A stretch of DNA of 64,000 nt from Azolla caroliniana. Its lineage: Eukaryota; Plantae; Polypodiophyta. The stretch is from contig JBHGNT010000009.1 of NCBI GenBank assembly GCA_043228905.1, forward strand, positions 18,290,001-18,354,000, read 5' to 3'. The notes under the pieces were generated by a model that was given only the letters and a program-made list of their open reading frames with translations, was not told the DNA's origin and made no database searches. Shown one piece after another: positions 51,039 through 62,252 of the stretch; positions within the stretch are counted from its first letter, which is position 1; the number at the start of each line of letters is the position of its first letter. A program made the position numbers and the translations under genes.

Positions 51039-54000
51039 ATGGCATCCACGCCCAAGAATCTCCAGGCTCCTCTTCATGCACAAAACCCTAGGCGTTCGCT
51101 AAAAAACAATTACCCCAAGCCCACTCTACACACAGACGTTTTCTTGCACACCCAGCATTCATCGCTTCCACGCTCTCAAGCTTCCTCTCGCTCTCAACAC
51201 ATTCATCGCTCCCACCGCTCTTGCTCACAAGCCCTCTCTTGCCCTCGTAGCCTCGCTGCCGCACCACAACCATCTCCTTCCCTCACTCTGTCTTGGCCTG
51301 GTCGAATCCTCCTTCCCCAATCTTCCACATAGCAGAACCCCGAGTCCAGTATGCCTCTTGCAGCTTCACAGGAAACCCACTCCTGGCTTCAAGAACGAGG
51401 CTTGGGTGGTTATTTAAAGGTGATCGATGCCCTTGCGCACCCTGATGCCCAAGCGGTCGCACGACGAATCCACCCGGACACAGTCACCAACAATATGATT
51501 CATGCTGCCTTGGACCTAAAACTAGGAGGTGACCATGAGGTCGAGATTCCCCCTTCCATGACCTTGAAGGAATACTTTGGTGCGTATTCCATATCTAGTA
51601 AAGCCTACCGCACCTACAGTAGATCCAACAAGGCATTCGGGGAACTCGCTCGCATCCTGATGGAGTACGCGTTCGTGCATACCAACCCTACCAGTATGCC
51701 ACAGAGCAAAGCGGCGATCATCATCAGTGCTTAAGAGGGAAACAAAATCGACTGGGGAATCATCACAGGCGAAGGAATCCAAGCGGCGCTCGAATCCTTC
51801 CAAACCGGTAAGCGTCTGTTGCCTGTGATCAACCACTTCCTTACAGTCCTCTACCCACCTCCTTCGGTTTCCCCTCGTCGCACCCTGATCTCTCCGCCAC
51901 CACCACGGAAACAACGCGGGCAGATTTTGGAGATAACTCAGGAAGAATGGGAAGAATCCTCATCTTCTCCACCTCCCGCAGGCATTCGGCACCCCGCTTC
52001 CGCCTCGGCCCCACCCCCACCCGTGTCGAATAGGATGAGGCCGAGGAGGCCATCCCCGAGGATGTCACCATACGCCAGAGGCCACCAAGGACATCAATGA
52101 CCTCTCCTCAACCGAGCCCACGGCCCAGCAGCCAGCAGCCCTCGACTATCCGACAACAGAAGAGGAAATAGTCTGAGGAGCCAACACCACCGGCCCCGGA
52201 CGCGCAGAACCAGCCGCCAAAAAGACGTCGTATCATTCGAGAGGCAACCACAGAAACCGAAGGCGACCAGCGGCAGAAATCAAAAGAGGCTAGCCCCCCC
52301 TTCATGGACATAGTACCAGCGGAGTCATGGCTCCAAGTCGGAACGATTGAGCATGGCCAAACCACAGATATCAGAGGAGGAAGTCCTCGGGTACAAAGAT
52401 CTCCCCACGGAGGCATACGAGTTAAGTGCCCTACTTCGATTGGGCACAACTTACAAGTTAATGGATTTCCTCGTACGCGCCCAAGTAGCTGTCGCCGCTC
52501 GTATGGCCGAGGAGCACGCCGAAACAAAGATGATCCAACGTGCGCTAATGGGTGAAATCGAACCTCACGAGGATCGAGCCTTACAAAAGATAGGACGGAA
52601 GAAGCAAGTCCAGAATGCTTCGCTTCGGAACATGGCCTTAGTCGAGGCATATCGCAATCTACACCACACTACTCGGGCAGCCAAGGACATGGCCCGACGT
52701 ATCAAAATGGCGCATCAGCAAGCCAAACGGGCTACCGACCTATGGCAAGCCGCTGAGGAGAAACTGGCGACACTCACGCACCAACAACCGCCCTTAATCC
52801 TCCCTGCGCCGAGTGAAGCTGTCTCACCAGCCACTCTTCTGAACCCGAGCCTGAGTTCTGAAGGTACCATAGCACACAAAGACGACACCGCCCACCCCAC
52901 GGTAGCCACGGCCGAGGCCAGCACAATGACAGACTTGGTACAGGCAAGTGAGCCATTGTCACGGGCAGATATCAGCCCCCACCCCCAAACCAGCCACGGA
53001 CATGGCCCGACGTATCAAAATGGCGCATTAGCAAGCCAAACGGGCTACCGACCTAGGGCAAGCCGCCGAGGAGAAACTGGCAACACTCACGCAGCAACAG
53101 CCGCCCTTACTCCTCCCTGCGCTGAGTGAAGCTGTCTCACCAGCCACTCTTCTGAACCCGAGCCCGAGTTCTGAAGGTACCGTAGCACACAAAGACTGTG
53201 ACACTGCCCACCCCACAATAGCCACGGCCGAGGCCGGCACAATGACAAACTCGGTACAAGCAAGTGAGCCATCGTCACGGGCAGATATCAACCCGAACCC
53301 CCAAACCAGCCACGACTCGACACAAAGCCACCACCTCCGGAAGTCATGGAACGAGCGACACAGACAGACAGGGAGTCCTCGGCACAACTCCAGCAAGCGG
53401 CAACCCAGATAGGGCCTCCCCAATAAGGACTACCAGGAGGAGCTTCAGGCCCAGATCTCGTTGGCCGAAATGGCCGAACAGAATCAAAACAACATTCTTG
53501 GCCAGCCACGAGCCGCGAAGCGAACCTCAAGCGCTTGCTTGCTGAAAGGTTGGCCGCGCTTGAAGCACGAGAACAAGAGGTGATGACCCTCCAAGTCTCA
53601 ATCACTGAGGCTAAGGAACGGTTCATCAAAGAAACCGAGCAGAATAGCCAACGAGAACAACAACTCTTTGCCGACAACCAGGAATTACGTCGTCATCAAC
53701 GAGCCTTCTAGGACATGACCAACGAACATATGCAGAAGTGGAGGATCTCGAAGGAGCAATGAGCGAAAATTTCCGATGCATATCACCAGTTGCAATCCGA
53801 GCACATCGCCGTCAAAGAACAACTCTGGGACGCTTGGCAACTAAGAAGGGACGAAACTGTAGCTCAACTCACCAACCGTTATGAGCAGACCATCGCGCTC
53901 ATCACAGAAAAAGCAAAAGATAATCAAGCTACGTTAGCACTCTTCGCCCGCAAAAGCCAAGCATAAGCCAAGGCCGCAAGGGAGGCACTGGAAGTTCACC

Positions 54001-54229
54001 GCGCGAGCATCGGCATGGACGATACCAAAATCAAGACCCTAATCCACAAGTATCGCCAACAATTCACCACGAAGATCAAAGAAACGCTTGACCATGTTTG
54101 GCAGGAGTGGTCAGCCCAAGCCGCGGACCTACACATACTACGCGCGAATGCCGAGAACCGACGGAAGGAGGGCCGAGGGTTTTACAAGATGGATGACACC
54201 AGCATCCAGACCCTTCGTGAGGACTTAAG
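51039..54229 (+). pseudogene. Extra ORF of element A downstream of pol (globular domain, Pro/acidic linker, coiled coil), disrupted
   Basis: Fragments WLQERGLGGYL...KAAIIISA*EGNKIDWGIITGEGIQAAL, then PPPP/E-rich and Q/E/K/A-rich helical segments. It lies inside the LTRs of A. Confidence 0.6.
52685..53314. repeat. ~313-bp tandem duplication inside the extra ORF of A
   Basis: GGACATGGCCCGACGTATCAAAATGG at 52685 and 52998, both copies ending CCCCAAACCAGCCACG. Confidence 0.9.
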
Positions 54230-57200
54230 ATACAAGTGTATAATGGACGTATTCACACTATCCCTTTGTATAGCTCAAGTTTGGGCCATTTGTGTAATTA
54301 GCATAAATGGTAGTTGCCCTAAGTTTGTCACTATATAAAGTGACCTAGTAACCTTTTTGTAAGGTTGGTTGTATTATTGTTTCTATTGAATAGAAAGAGT
54401 CTTTTGTGCCTCCTCTCTCTCTCTCTCTCTATCTCTGTGCACGATCTTGGAAACTGTCATACGCAGGTACTCAACCCCAATCGAATGCTACTTGATCTTC
54501 CGCATTGACGGCCTTGTCTTCAACATTTGGTATCAGAGCGAGGTCCCTCAACCCGCAGTCGGCCGTCATCACAGCCTGCACAGTATTCGGCCTTTCGCTT
54601 CATCCTAGTCTGCAAAGCATTCGGTTTCTTGCGTCATTCGAAGAAACAGAGAAGAAAGTAGGCAAACACAAGCTTGAATCTCGCTGCGTTAGATCATCAC
54701 TCAGAGTAAGCCAGTCGGCTGTACTCTACTTCCTTGATCGTAACTGCTTGAGGTGGGCTTCCTGCACAACGACGACTTCAAGGACAACCCCAGTTCGTGT
54801 TTCATTCGATTGGACAATAATCGGAAGGACCAGTCGGTTCCATTGCTCTCACCATTGCCGTCAACCGAAACCGAATCGGCTTGAAGTACTGTCGGATCGT
54901 TAAATCTAGGTTCAACTCGACTAAGACAGTTGTCGGTAGTCAATCCGAACCAAATCCCCGATTCTCCGTAATCAACATCACTTGTGTCCAACTTCGGCTA
55001 GAACGACACTGAGTGGGCCAAACCGCTGCACTTCACCAAAGTTCGTAGCCGACTTAGGGCAGAGTCATGACATCAACATCCGGCTCGTCAAAAATGAGTC
55101 TACGAAAGTTCGATGGATCGAACTTCAACTTCTGGAAGGAGCAAATGCAGGACTATCTCATAGTCAAGGGGCAAATCGATCCCATCGAAAATGAAGCACC
55201 TCTAGAAGGATACAAACCAATTGAGTGGCAGAAGCTAGACAGAATCGTCCGCGCCACGATTCGGATGCACCTATCGGAATCGGTATACTTTACGGTGCAA
55301 TCGTGTACGACAGCATTCGAACTGTGGAAAACACTGTCGGACACCTACGAAAAGAAGGTCGCTGCAACGAAGATGTTTCTGATCCGGCGCCTCTACAACT
55401 TGCGGATGAAAGAATCAGATTCGGTTCAAGCACATCTCAATGAGTACGAAAGCATAAGCTCCCAAATCTCATCTCAGGGGACGGCAATCGAGGATGAACT
55501 CAGAGCAATGATACTCATGAGCAGCCTTCCCTCATCATGGGAAACTTTCGTCACAACCGTGTGCAACGCGTCAACCACGGCTGTTAAATACTCCGAAGTC
55601 ACGAGCGCAATCCTGACCGAAGCAGCTCGGAGAAAGTCTTTCGCCAAAGACTCAACAGACGACGCTTATGTAGTACAAGGTTCGACAGAACGATCGAACA
55701 TACGAGGAAGAGATTCCTCACGGCAGCCGAACAATCAGCGAAGACGGAGCCAGTCACGGGATAATCGAATCTGCAACTATTGCAAGAAACCCGGACACAT
55801 CAAAGCCAACTGCCGCGCACTCAAGAACAAGAACGACAAGTCTCAGAAATCAGACAAGAAGAGTGGCCGGCATGAGGAGATCAATTACGTCAGCTTCTCA
55901 GCTGATGTGCTACCAAACGACCCAAATATACTATCAATCGAAAATCCAGTCGGATCAGAAGTTCTGCTCACGACTGAAGAATCGAGCACATGGCTCTTAG
56001 ATTCGGGCGCGTCATTTCACGTGACTCCTCATCGATCCCAATTTCGGCAATATACGATCCGTCACTCCGACTCAGTTCGAGTCGGCAACTCGCAACACCG
56101 TGACATCATTGGAATCGGCACAGTAGAGCTCAACCTCACAGGTGGCTCTACACTTGTACTTCACAATGTCCGACATGTACCCGAGCTCTCAAGGCCATTG
56201 ATCTCAGTCGGACAACTAGATGAAGACGGCATTCGTGCCGGTTTTTCTTCGGGAGGGTGGACACTCCACAGGGGGAACCTCCTGCTTGCTAGAGGACCCA
56301 AGATACACTCACTGTATCCGTTACATGTTACGCTCAGAGAGGGTAACCTGTTTTTGGTGGATATTCCTGTGTCATCACTATGGCACAGAAGATTAGGACA
56401 CCTCAGCAAGGCCGGCATTACGCACCTATCTAGAGCCGGATACATCCCTAAACTCTCCTTCTCGGACCATCAATTCTACGAACATTGCCAGTATGGCAAA
56501 CAAGCAACCGCATCACACCCGACATCAGCACCAAGAGAAACGAGACCTCTCGATTTAGTCCACTCGGACGTCTGTGGCCCAATGCCGCATCAGTCTCTCG
56601 GCGGTGCCTCTTACTTCGTCAGTTTTATTGACGATTCGACTCGAAAGGTGTGGGCTTATCCAATTCGCACCAAAGATCGTGTCTTCTCGATCTTCTCCGA
56701 TTGGCTCGCTATGGTAGAAAATCAAACTGACCGAAAACTGAAATGCTTTCGGACCGACAATGGGGGAGAGTTCAAATCAGAAGAATTCGTCAAATTCTGC
56801 CGACAACGCGGCATCCGACGTGAATTTACGGCACCACACAGTCCGGAGCAAAACGGGATTGCAGAACGCATGAATCGGACAATCCAAGAACGGATAGTTT
56901 CCATGCTCCAACACTCCGGACTGTCGGATGGCTTCTGGGCAGAGGCTCTACTCACGGCAGTACACATAATCAATATGTCGCCAAGCAGACCTCTAGGACT
57001 TCAAATTCCTCAGGAACTATGGATCGGCAGTAAGCCGAATTACGACAAGCTGAGGATCTTCGGATGCGAGGCGTACGCCCTTATTCCGAAAGATGATCGC
57101 CGAAAACTTGCACCTCGGTCCAGGAAATGCATTTTCCTTGGATATGGATCAGACGGCGAAATGGGATACCGACTCTGGGACCCCGAACGCAGACAAATCG

Positions 57201-59593
57201 TTCGAAGTTCGGACGTTGTGTTCAACGAGTCGGCTATGAATCCATCAGTCGAAACACCGATCGAAGTCCGAAGGGTAACATTTTCCGATGTGCCGACCCT
57301 TCAAGAAGGCCCCGCTCCTAACACACGGTCAGCTCCACGGGTAGCTGAACCTTACACTACCGACTCGGACAACTCTGACTCGGCACAGCAGAATAATTCG
57401 CTTTCGGACCATCCGACCTCGATACCCGATACGACCAGTCCAATCATACCTCGACGATCCGAGAGACTGTCGCAACCTCCAGAGAGGTATTCTCCTGGAA
57501 TTTTCTTCACCGACGCCGGCGAACCGACGTCTTACGAAGAAGCATCGACATCTGTCGATTCAGCCACCTGGCATCTGGCGATGGAGTCGGAAATGCACTC
57601 CATTCGGGCAAACAAGACTTGGGATCTGGTCGAATTACCTAAGAATCGACGTGCTCTTCCTTGCAAGTGGGTTTATCGACTAAAAGAGACGTCTGATTCG
57701 ACCACCCCAAAGTACAAGGCCAGATTAGTTGCGAAGGGCTTCCGACAAGAATATGGCGTCGACTTCGACGAGATTTTTTCACCAGTGGTGAAAATGACAA
57801 CCCTTCGTTTTCTACTCGGCGTAGTGGCAGCTGACAACTTGGAGCTGATTCAGCTAGATGTCAAAACAACCTTCCTCCATGGTGATCTTGAAGAGGAAAT
57901 TTATATGGAGCAGCCAAAAGGCTTCGTGGCAACTGGCCAAGAACATCTAGTCTGCCGACTCAGGAAGAGTCTATACGGCCTCAAACAGGCACCGCGACAA
58001 TGGTACAAGAAGTTCGACGACTTCATCCAATCGATCGGCTTCTCCAAAAGCGATGAGGACCATTGTCTTTTTACCAACACAGCTCAAGATGGATCACCCA
58101 TCTTCCTCATCATTTACGTGGACGACATGCTAATTTCTGGACGCCACGCGGGCGAACTTGCCGATCTCATTCGGCAATTGCGGTTGAAGTTTGCCATGAA
58201 GGACCTCGGTCCGGCACGACACATACTTGGCATGAAGATTAGTCGGCATCGCGATAAACGACATCTTTTTTTGTCTCAGACCGACTATATCGGACGTGTC
58301 TTGGAACGCTTCAACATGCAATCAGCCAAATCTGCTTCAACCCCGCTCCCCATGAATCTTCGGCTCTCTCAGCGAGACTGCCCGACATCCGGTCCGGAGG
58401 GGGAAGATATGAAGTCGGTACCGTATGCACCGGCAGTCGGCTCCCTTATGTACCTGATGGTCGCGACACGGCCTGATATTTCTCATGCCGTAGGAGTCGT
58501 TAGCAGATTTATGCACAATCCTGGCCGATCGCATTGGAACGCAGTCAAGCATGTGTTCAAATATCTGGCTGGCACAAAAGACCACGGCATTCTTTTCGGT
58601 CCGAACTCAACCTCAGGCGTAGTCGGTTACACCGACTCGGACTTCGCCGGCTGTATAGACAGTCGGAAATCAACAACTGGATACTGCTTCAAATTCGGCA
58701 ATGGAGCAATTTCGTGGAAGTCGAAACTTCAGGAGTGCACAGCGACCTCAACGACCGAAGCAGAATATGTAGCTGCGTCCGACGCTGCAAAAGAAGCTTT
58801 GTGGCTCGGCCGGCTGGCGCACACGTTTCGACAAGTCGACCATGACTCGGCCCCAGTTGTCTATAGCGACAGTCAAGGTGCTGTTGCCTTGTCGAAAAAT
58901 CCGGTTCACCACAACGCCTCCAAACATATCGACGTTCGATATCACTTCGTTCGGGACTGCGTCATTTCAGGGAAAATCGGTCTAGAGAAAATATCCACAA
59001 CCGACAATGTCGCAGATGGAATGACCAAGTGTCTTTCGGCATACCGCTTTCGGTCCCTTCGGCATCAGATGGGCGTAACGACAAACCAGTCCGGTTAGAG
59101 CCGGACACAGCGCAGGATGGTTTCAGACAACCGACATCAGTTCCTTAATGATCGGCTTCAACTCTTCCGACCCGACCAGTCCGGCCTTCTGCCTTCGGAC
59201 CCTACCGACTCGAACAAAACTGATATGTCCGAGAACCTAGGTTTATACCTGTAATCTTAGATAACCCATGTATACGCCCATTACGGGGGAGTGTCGAATA
59301 CAAGTGTATAATGGACGTATTCACACTATCCCTTTGTATAGCTCAAGTTTGGGCCATTTGTGTAATTAGCATAAATGGTAGTTGCCCTAAGTTTGTCACT
59401 ATATAAAGTGACCTAGTAACCTTTTTGTAAGGTTGGTTGTATTATTGTTTCTATTGAATAGAAAGAGTCTTTTGTGCCTCCTCTCTCTCTCTCTCTCTAT
59501 CTCTGTGCACGATCTTGGAAACTGTCATACGCAGGTACTCAACCCCAATCGAATGCTACTTGATCTTCCGCATTGACGGCCTTGTCTTCAACA
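54230..59593 (+). mobile_element. Element F: young Ty1/copia (Tnt1/Tork-like) LTR retrotransposon
   Basis: LTRs 54230-54525 (first 6 nt missing) and 59292-59593 look identical. tRNA-iMet PBS TGGTATCAGAGC at 54528-54539. PPT GGGGGAG before 59292. Confidence 0.96.
55067..59098 (+). CDS. Copia gag-pol polyprotein, uninterrupted 1343 aa
   Basis: CNYCKKPGHIKANC, WLLDSGAS, WHRRLGH, VHSDVCGP, RTDNGGEF, QNGIAERMNRT, YVDDML, YTDSDFAG and KHIDVRYHF, in copia domain order. Confidence 0.97.
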   Translation: MTSTSGSSKMSLRKFDGSNFNFWKEQMQDYLIVKGQIDPIENEAPLEGYKPIEWQKLDRIVRATIRMHLSESVYFTVQSCTTAFELWKTLSDTYEKKVAATKMFLIRRLYNLRMKESDSVQAHLNEYESISSQISSQGTAIEDELRAMILMSSLPSSWETFVTTVCNASTTAVKYSEVTSAILTEAARRKSFAKDSTDDAYVVQGSTERSNIRGRDSSRQPNNQRRRSQSRDNRICNYCKKPGHIKANCRALKNKNDKSQKSDKKSGRHEEINYVSFSADVLPNDPNILSIENPVGSEVLLTTEESSTWLLDSGASFHVTPHRSQFRQYTIRHSDSVRVGNSQHRDIIGIGTVELNLTGGSTLVLHNVRHVPELSRPLISVGQLDEDGIRAGFSSGGWTLHRGNLLLARGPKIHSLYPLHVTLREGNLFLVDIPVSSLWHRRLGHLSKAGITHLSRAGYIPKLSFSDHQFYEHCQYGKQATASHPTSAPRETRPLDLVHSDVCGPMPHQSLGGASYFVSFIDDSTRKVWAYPIRTKDRVFSIFSDWLAMVENQTDRKLKCFRTDNGGEFKSEEFVKFCRQRGIRREFTAPHSPEQNGIAERMNRTIQERIVSMLQHSGLSDGFWAEALLTAVHIINMSPSRPLGLQIPQELWIGSKPNYDKLRIFGCEAYALIPKDDRRKLAPRSRKCIFLGYGSDGEMGYRLWDPERRQIVRSSDVVFNESAMNPSVETPIEVRRVTFSDVPTLQEGPAPNTRSAPRVAEPYTTDSDNSDSAQQNNSLSDHPTSIPDTTSPIIPRRSERLSQPPERYSPGIFFTDAGEPTSYEEASTSVDSATWHLAMESEMHSIRANKTWDLVELPKNRRALPCKWVYRLKETSDSTTPKYKARLVAKGFRQEYGVDFDEIFSPVVKMTTLRFLLGVVAADNLELIQLDVKTTFLHGDLEEEIYMEQPKGFVATGQEHLVCRLRKSLYGLKQAPRQWYKKFDDFIQSIGFSKSDEDHCLFTNTAQDGSPIFLIIYVDDMLISGRHAGELADLIRQLRLKFAMKDLGPARHILGMKISRHRDKRHLFLSQTDYIGRVLERFNMQSAKSASTPLPMNLRLSQRDCPTSGPEGEDMKSVPYAPAVGSLMYLMVATRPDISHAVGVVSRFMHNPGRSHWNAVKHVFKYLAGTKDHGILFGPNSTSGVVGYTDSDFAGCIDSRKSTTGYCFKFGNGAISWKSKLQECTATSTTEAEYVAASDAAKEALWLGRLAHTFRQVDHDSAPVVYSDSQGAVALSKNPVHHNASKHIDVRYHFVRDCVISGKIGLEKISTTDNVADGMTKCLSAYRFRSLRHQMGVTTNQSG

Positions 59594-59916
59594 ATCTGCT
59601 CCTACCAACGTCCACATCCCAGCGGAGCCACAGACTATAACCCCGACCCTGCCTGCATCAGTCCCAATAGAGGAGGGCACACACGCCGACACCGCCATCC
59701 CCAACTCGGCAACACCACCCCCATCACCAACCCCACCAGCCGAGCAGCCAGCCCAACCCCACGCCCCCGGGGATATCCTCGGCATATTGGAAGAAGAATA
59801 AGACCAACCTCTAAGCCCCGTAGGAACGGGCCATTTTTGTAATTCGTGTGGTTTTGTTAAATCCATGGTGAACCGTGGGTCCGACGGACAAAGTCCTATC
59901 CCACGGGCGTGCCAGG

Positions 59917-60405
59917 TGTTGTCCATAGGCCAAAAATAGAAATTAGTTAAATATAATACGCCAGAAGTAAGGCGAGTAGGTAAGGGAGAATTAGGTAAAA
60001 CGCCGAGTTTCGAGCCTCACAATCAACCAACCGCTCGGCGTTGTATGAAGGAAAAGAAGTATATAAACCGAGGTCTGCGTACCTCAGCAAGGGAGAGATA
60101 TCCAGAGCCTAGGCGAGGTTGTTTAATAGATATAGGAGCTTTGTAAGGCTACCGGCTATGGGCCGTGTTTTTTGTAAACATCGCTAATGATTACAGTAAT
60201 ACATATCTATTTGCTCTTGTTGTTTTCATCTATGTGTCGTCGTTTCTAAGGTCTCAACTACGTATACGACCCGAGCTCTATTCCGGGTATGCTCTCCGTG
60301 TTCTTCCCTTAACGACACACCGTGCACAAGTCTTCACGATTACACTTCCCTTGATACCGATAGCTCGTAGGCATATCGAAGGTGTTTCCGGCAAAACGGT
60401 TAACA
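59917..60405 (+). repeat. 3' LTR of element A
   Basis: Direct repeat of 24586-25074, followed by TSD CACCA. Confidence 0.95.
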
Positions 60406-60410
60406 CACCA

Positions 60411-61500
60411 AAACCTTTTGAGACAAATGACTAACTTACATGATCCTAAGCCTTCTCTAAATCTAGTTGTGACATAACAATATTTTGTTTTGATTCCTTA
60501 TCATGATCAACAACCATTTGCACATTCAAAATATTATGGTATCTTTGTTTTCAATAAATCCATATCGCATAGGTTGGACAACAGAAAGTAAAAATATCCA
60601 AGTGAGTTAAATCCAAGTGCTTTTCCCCCTTCCAAAGGAAAGATATCCTCCATTTTTTGATGTGTGCATTCCAAGACAATTGGAAAAAGATTCCATAATG
60701 CATACCCTTTGAGACACGTGCAAGAATGCCTCATCATGCATTAGATATATGTCATCTAACTCTCCACGTCGATCTATATTGTGTAGATTGAAATGTATAA
60801 CCAATATTTGTTCCATCAATCCAATGTCATCCATCATACTTTAAGACTTCTATCGTGAACATTCCCAAATCTCTCTTTTTGGGACATCCATTAGATTATT
60901 TATTGTGATAGGTTGGACCACATCAAAACACATTAAAATCACTTAAGAAAAATACTCATCTTCGAAACTCAAGAATTTGAGCTAAGTATCACCAAAGTTC
61001 AATGTGTTGAATGACATCATTTGGGGTGCAAATGCTAATGAACCATATCATTTCCTCCTTTTAGTTTACTTCAACCATCACGAGCCTTGCATACACATCA
61101 CTTTGAACTACCACACGTTTCCATCCCTCTCTCAAAATAAGAACCATAACAGAGCATATATATCTTCCATTAGCTTTACAATAACATGCATCATATCCCT
61201 TATGTTGAAAAGAAGATCTTGACTTAGCATGTTACTTATGCACCATTGCACAAATATGTTCCATTGACCATCGAAAATAGTTCTCTACATATCATATACA
61301 TCTTTGAAGAACACACTACCCTTACATTCTATGTAATATCCACTCCATAGCTCGCTAGTTGGCCTCATGGTGTTCTAAGCATGTTCCCATTGTGCAAGTG
61401 TCTCAAGATAATAACCTAAGCCTACAAAAACATTTTGCCTAAGACCGCAAAAACATTTTGTGTGGACTATGATTGGTTAGCCATTGTTTGTTGCTTGAGT
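60411..61500 (-). pseudogene. Highly decayed L1-type LINE RT region that element A inserted into (probably continues left of 24581)
   Basis: Minus strand at ~60420-60470 reads QLDLEKA*DHVS*SF, matching the LINE RT motif LDxEKAYDxVxWxF. The boundaries are uncertain. Confidence 0.55.
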
Positions 61501-62252
61501 AACTTATAAATGGCTACTTTCCAAGGTTGCTTCTCAAATGTTGTAGAGACTTTATCATTCTTATAAAATCTTAATCATAATACAACATTACCTCAATACA
61601 CTCAAATTCCCTACTCCAAGCATTTCCTTGAAGATGACAATGCAAATCAATGCAACACTTCACATGTAATGCTTCCATTATGATTGTGTTGTCCATGTCC
61701 ACTCCAATAGTAGAAACTTCAATTACATGTAATGCTTCCATTATGATTGCTTTCTCCATGCCCTCTTCAGTAGTAGAAACTTCAATTACTATGATTGGAT
61801 CGAAAAATTGCCGACTATAATAATAGAAAATAAGACCTACCATTTTCATTTTCGTACTTGTGAATACATAAGATTACAAAGGTCTCTATCCTTTAAGAAT
61901 ATTACAACTCCTAGAATAGGTACAATAGGGACAAAAATGTATGCGAATTAAAATTATACAGCGAATTATATGTACATTCCAACACTGAAAGATCGCACAA
62001 ATTATAAGTAATTTTTGTGCAGTTCTCCACATTAATCAAGCTGAGGAAGATACAAGTAAAGGATAATGAAGGTTTCATTTGTTAACAATGAACACTGGTA
62101 TTTAAAACTTAGACGAATGAAATGGATGCTCAAGAATTTAAATGATACAATGTATGAATTCTTATGTACATCAAGAAAATCTCAAATATATGGATATCCA
62201 CATTTCACCTCAAAACAAAATGTGCTTCATTTTGCATATACTCCAGCATTAA

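Larger units (their letters stand above)
24586..60405 (+). mobile_element. Element A: Ty3/gypsy non-chromovirus (Athila/Tat-related) LTR retrotransposon hosting nested insertions
   Basis: 489-bp LTRs 24586-25074 and 59917-60405 (TGTTG...TAACA, about 20 differences by eye). TSD CACCA at 24581-24585 and 60406-60410. PBS TGGCACGCCCG at 25080-25090. Confidence 0.95.
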
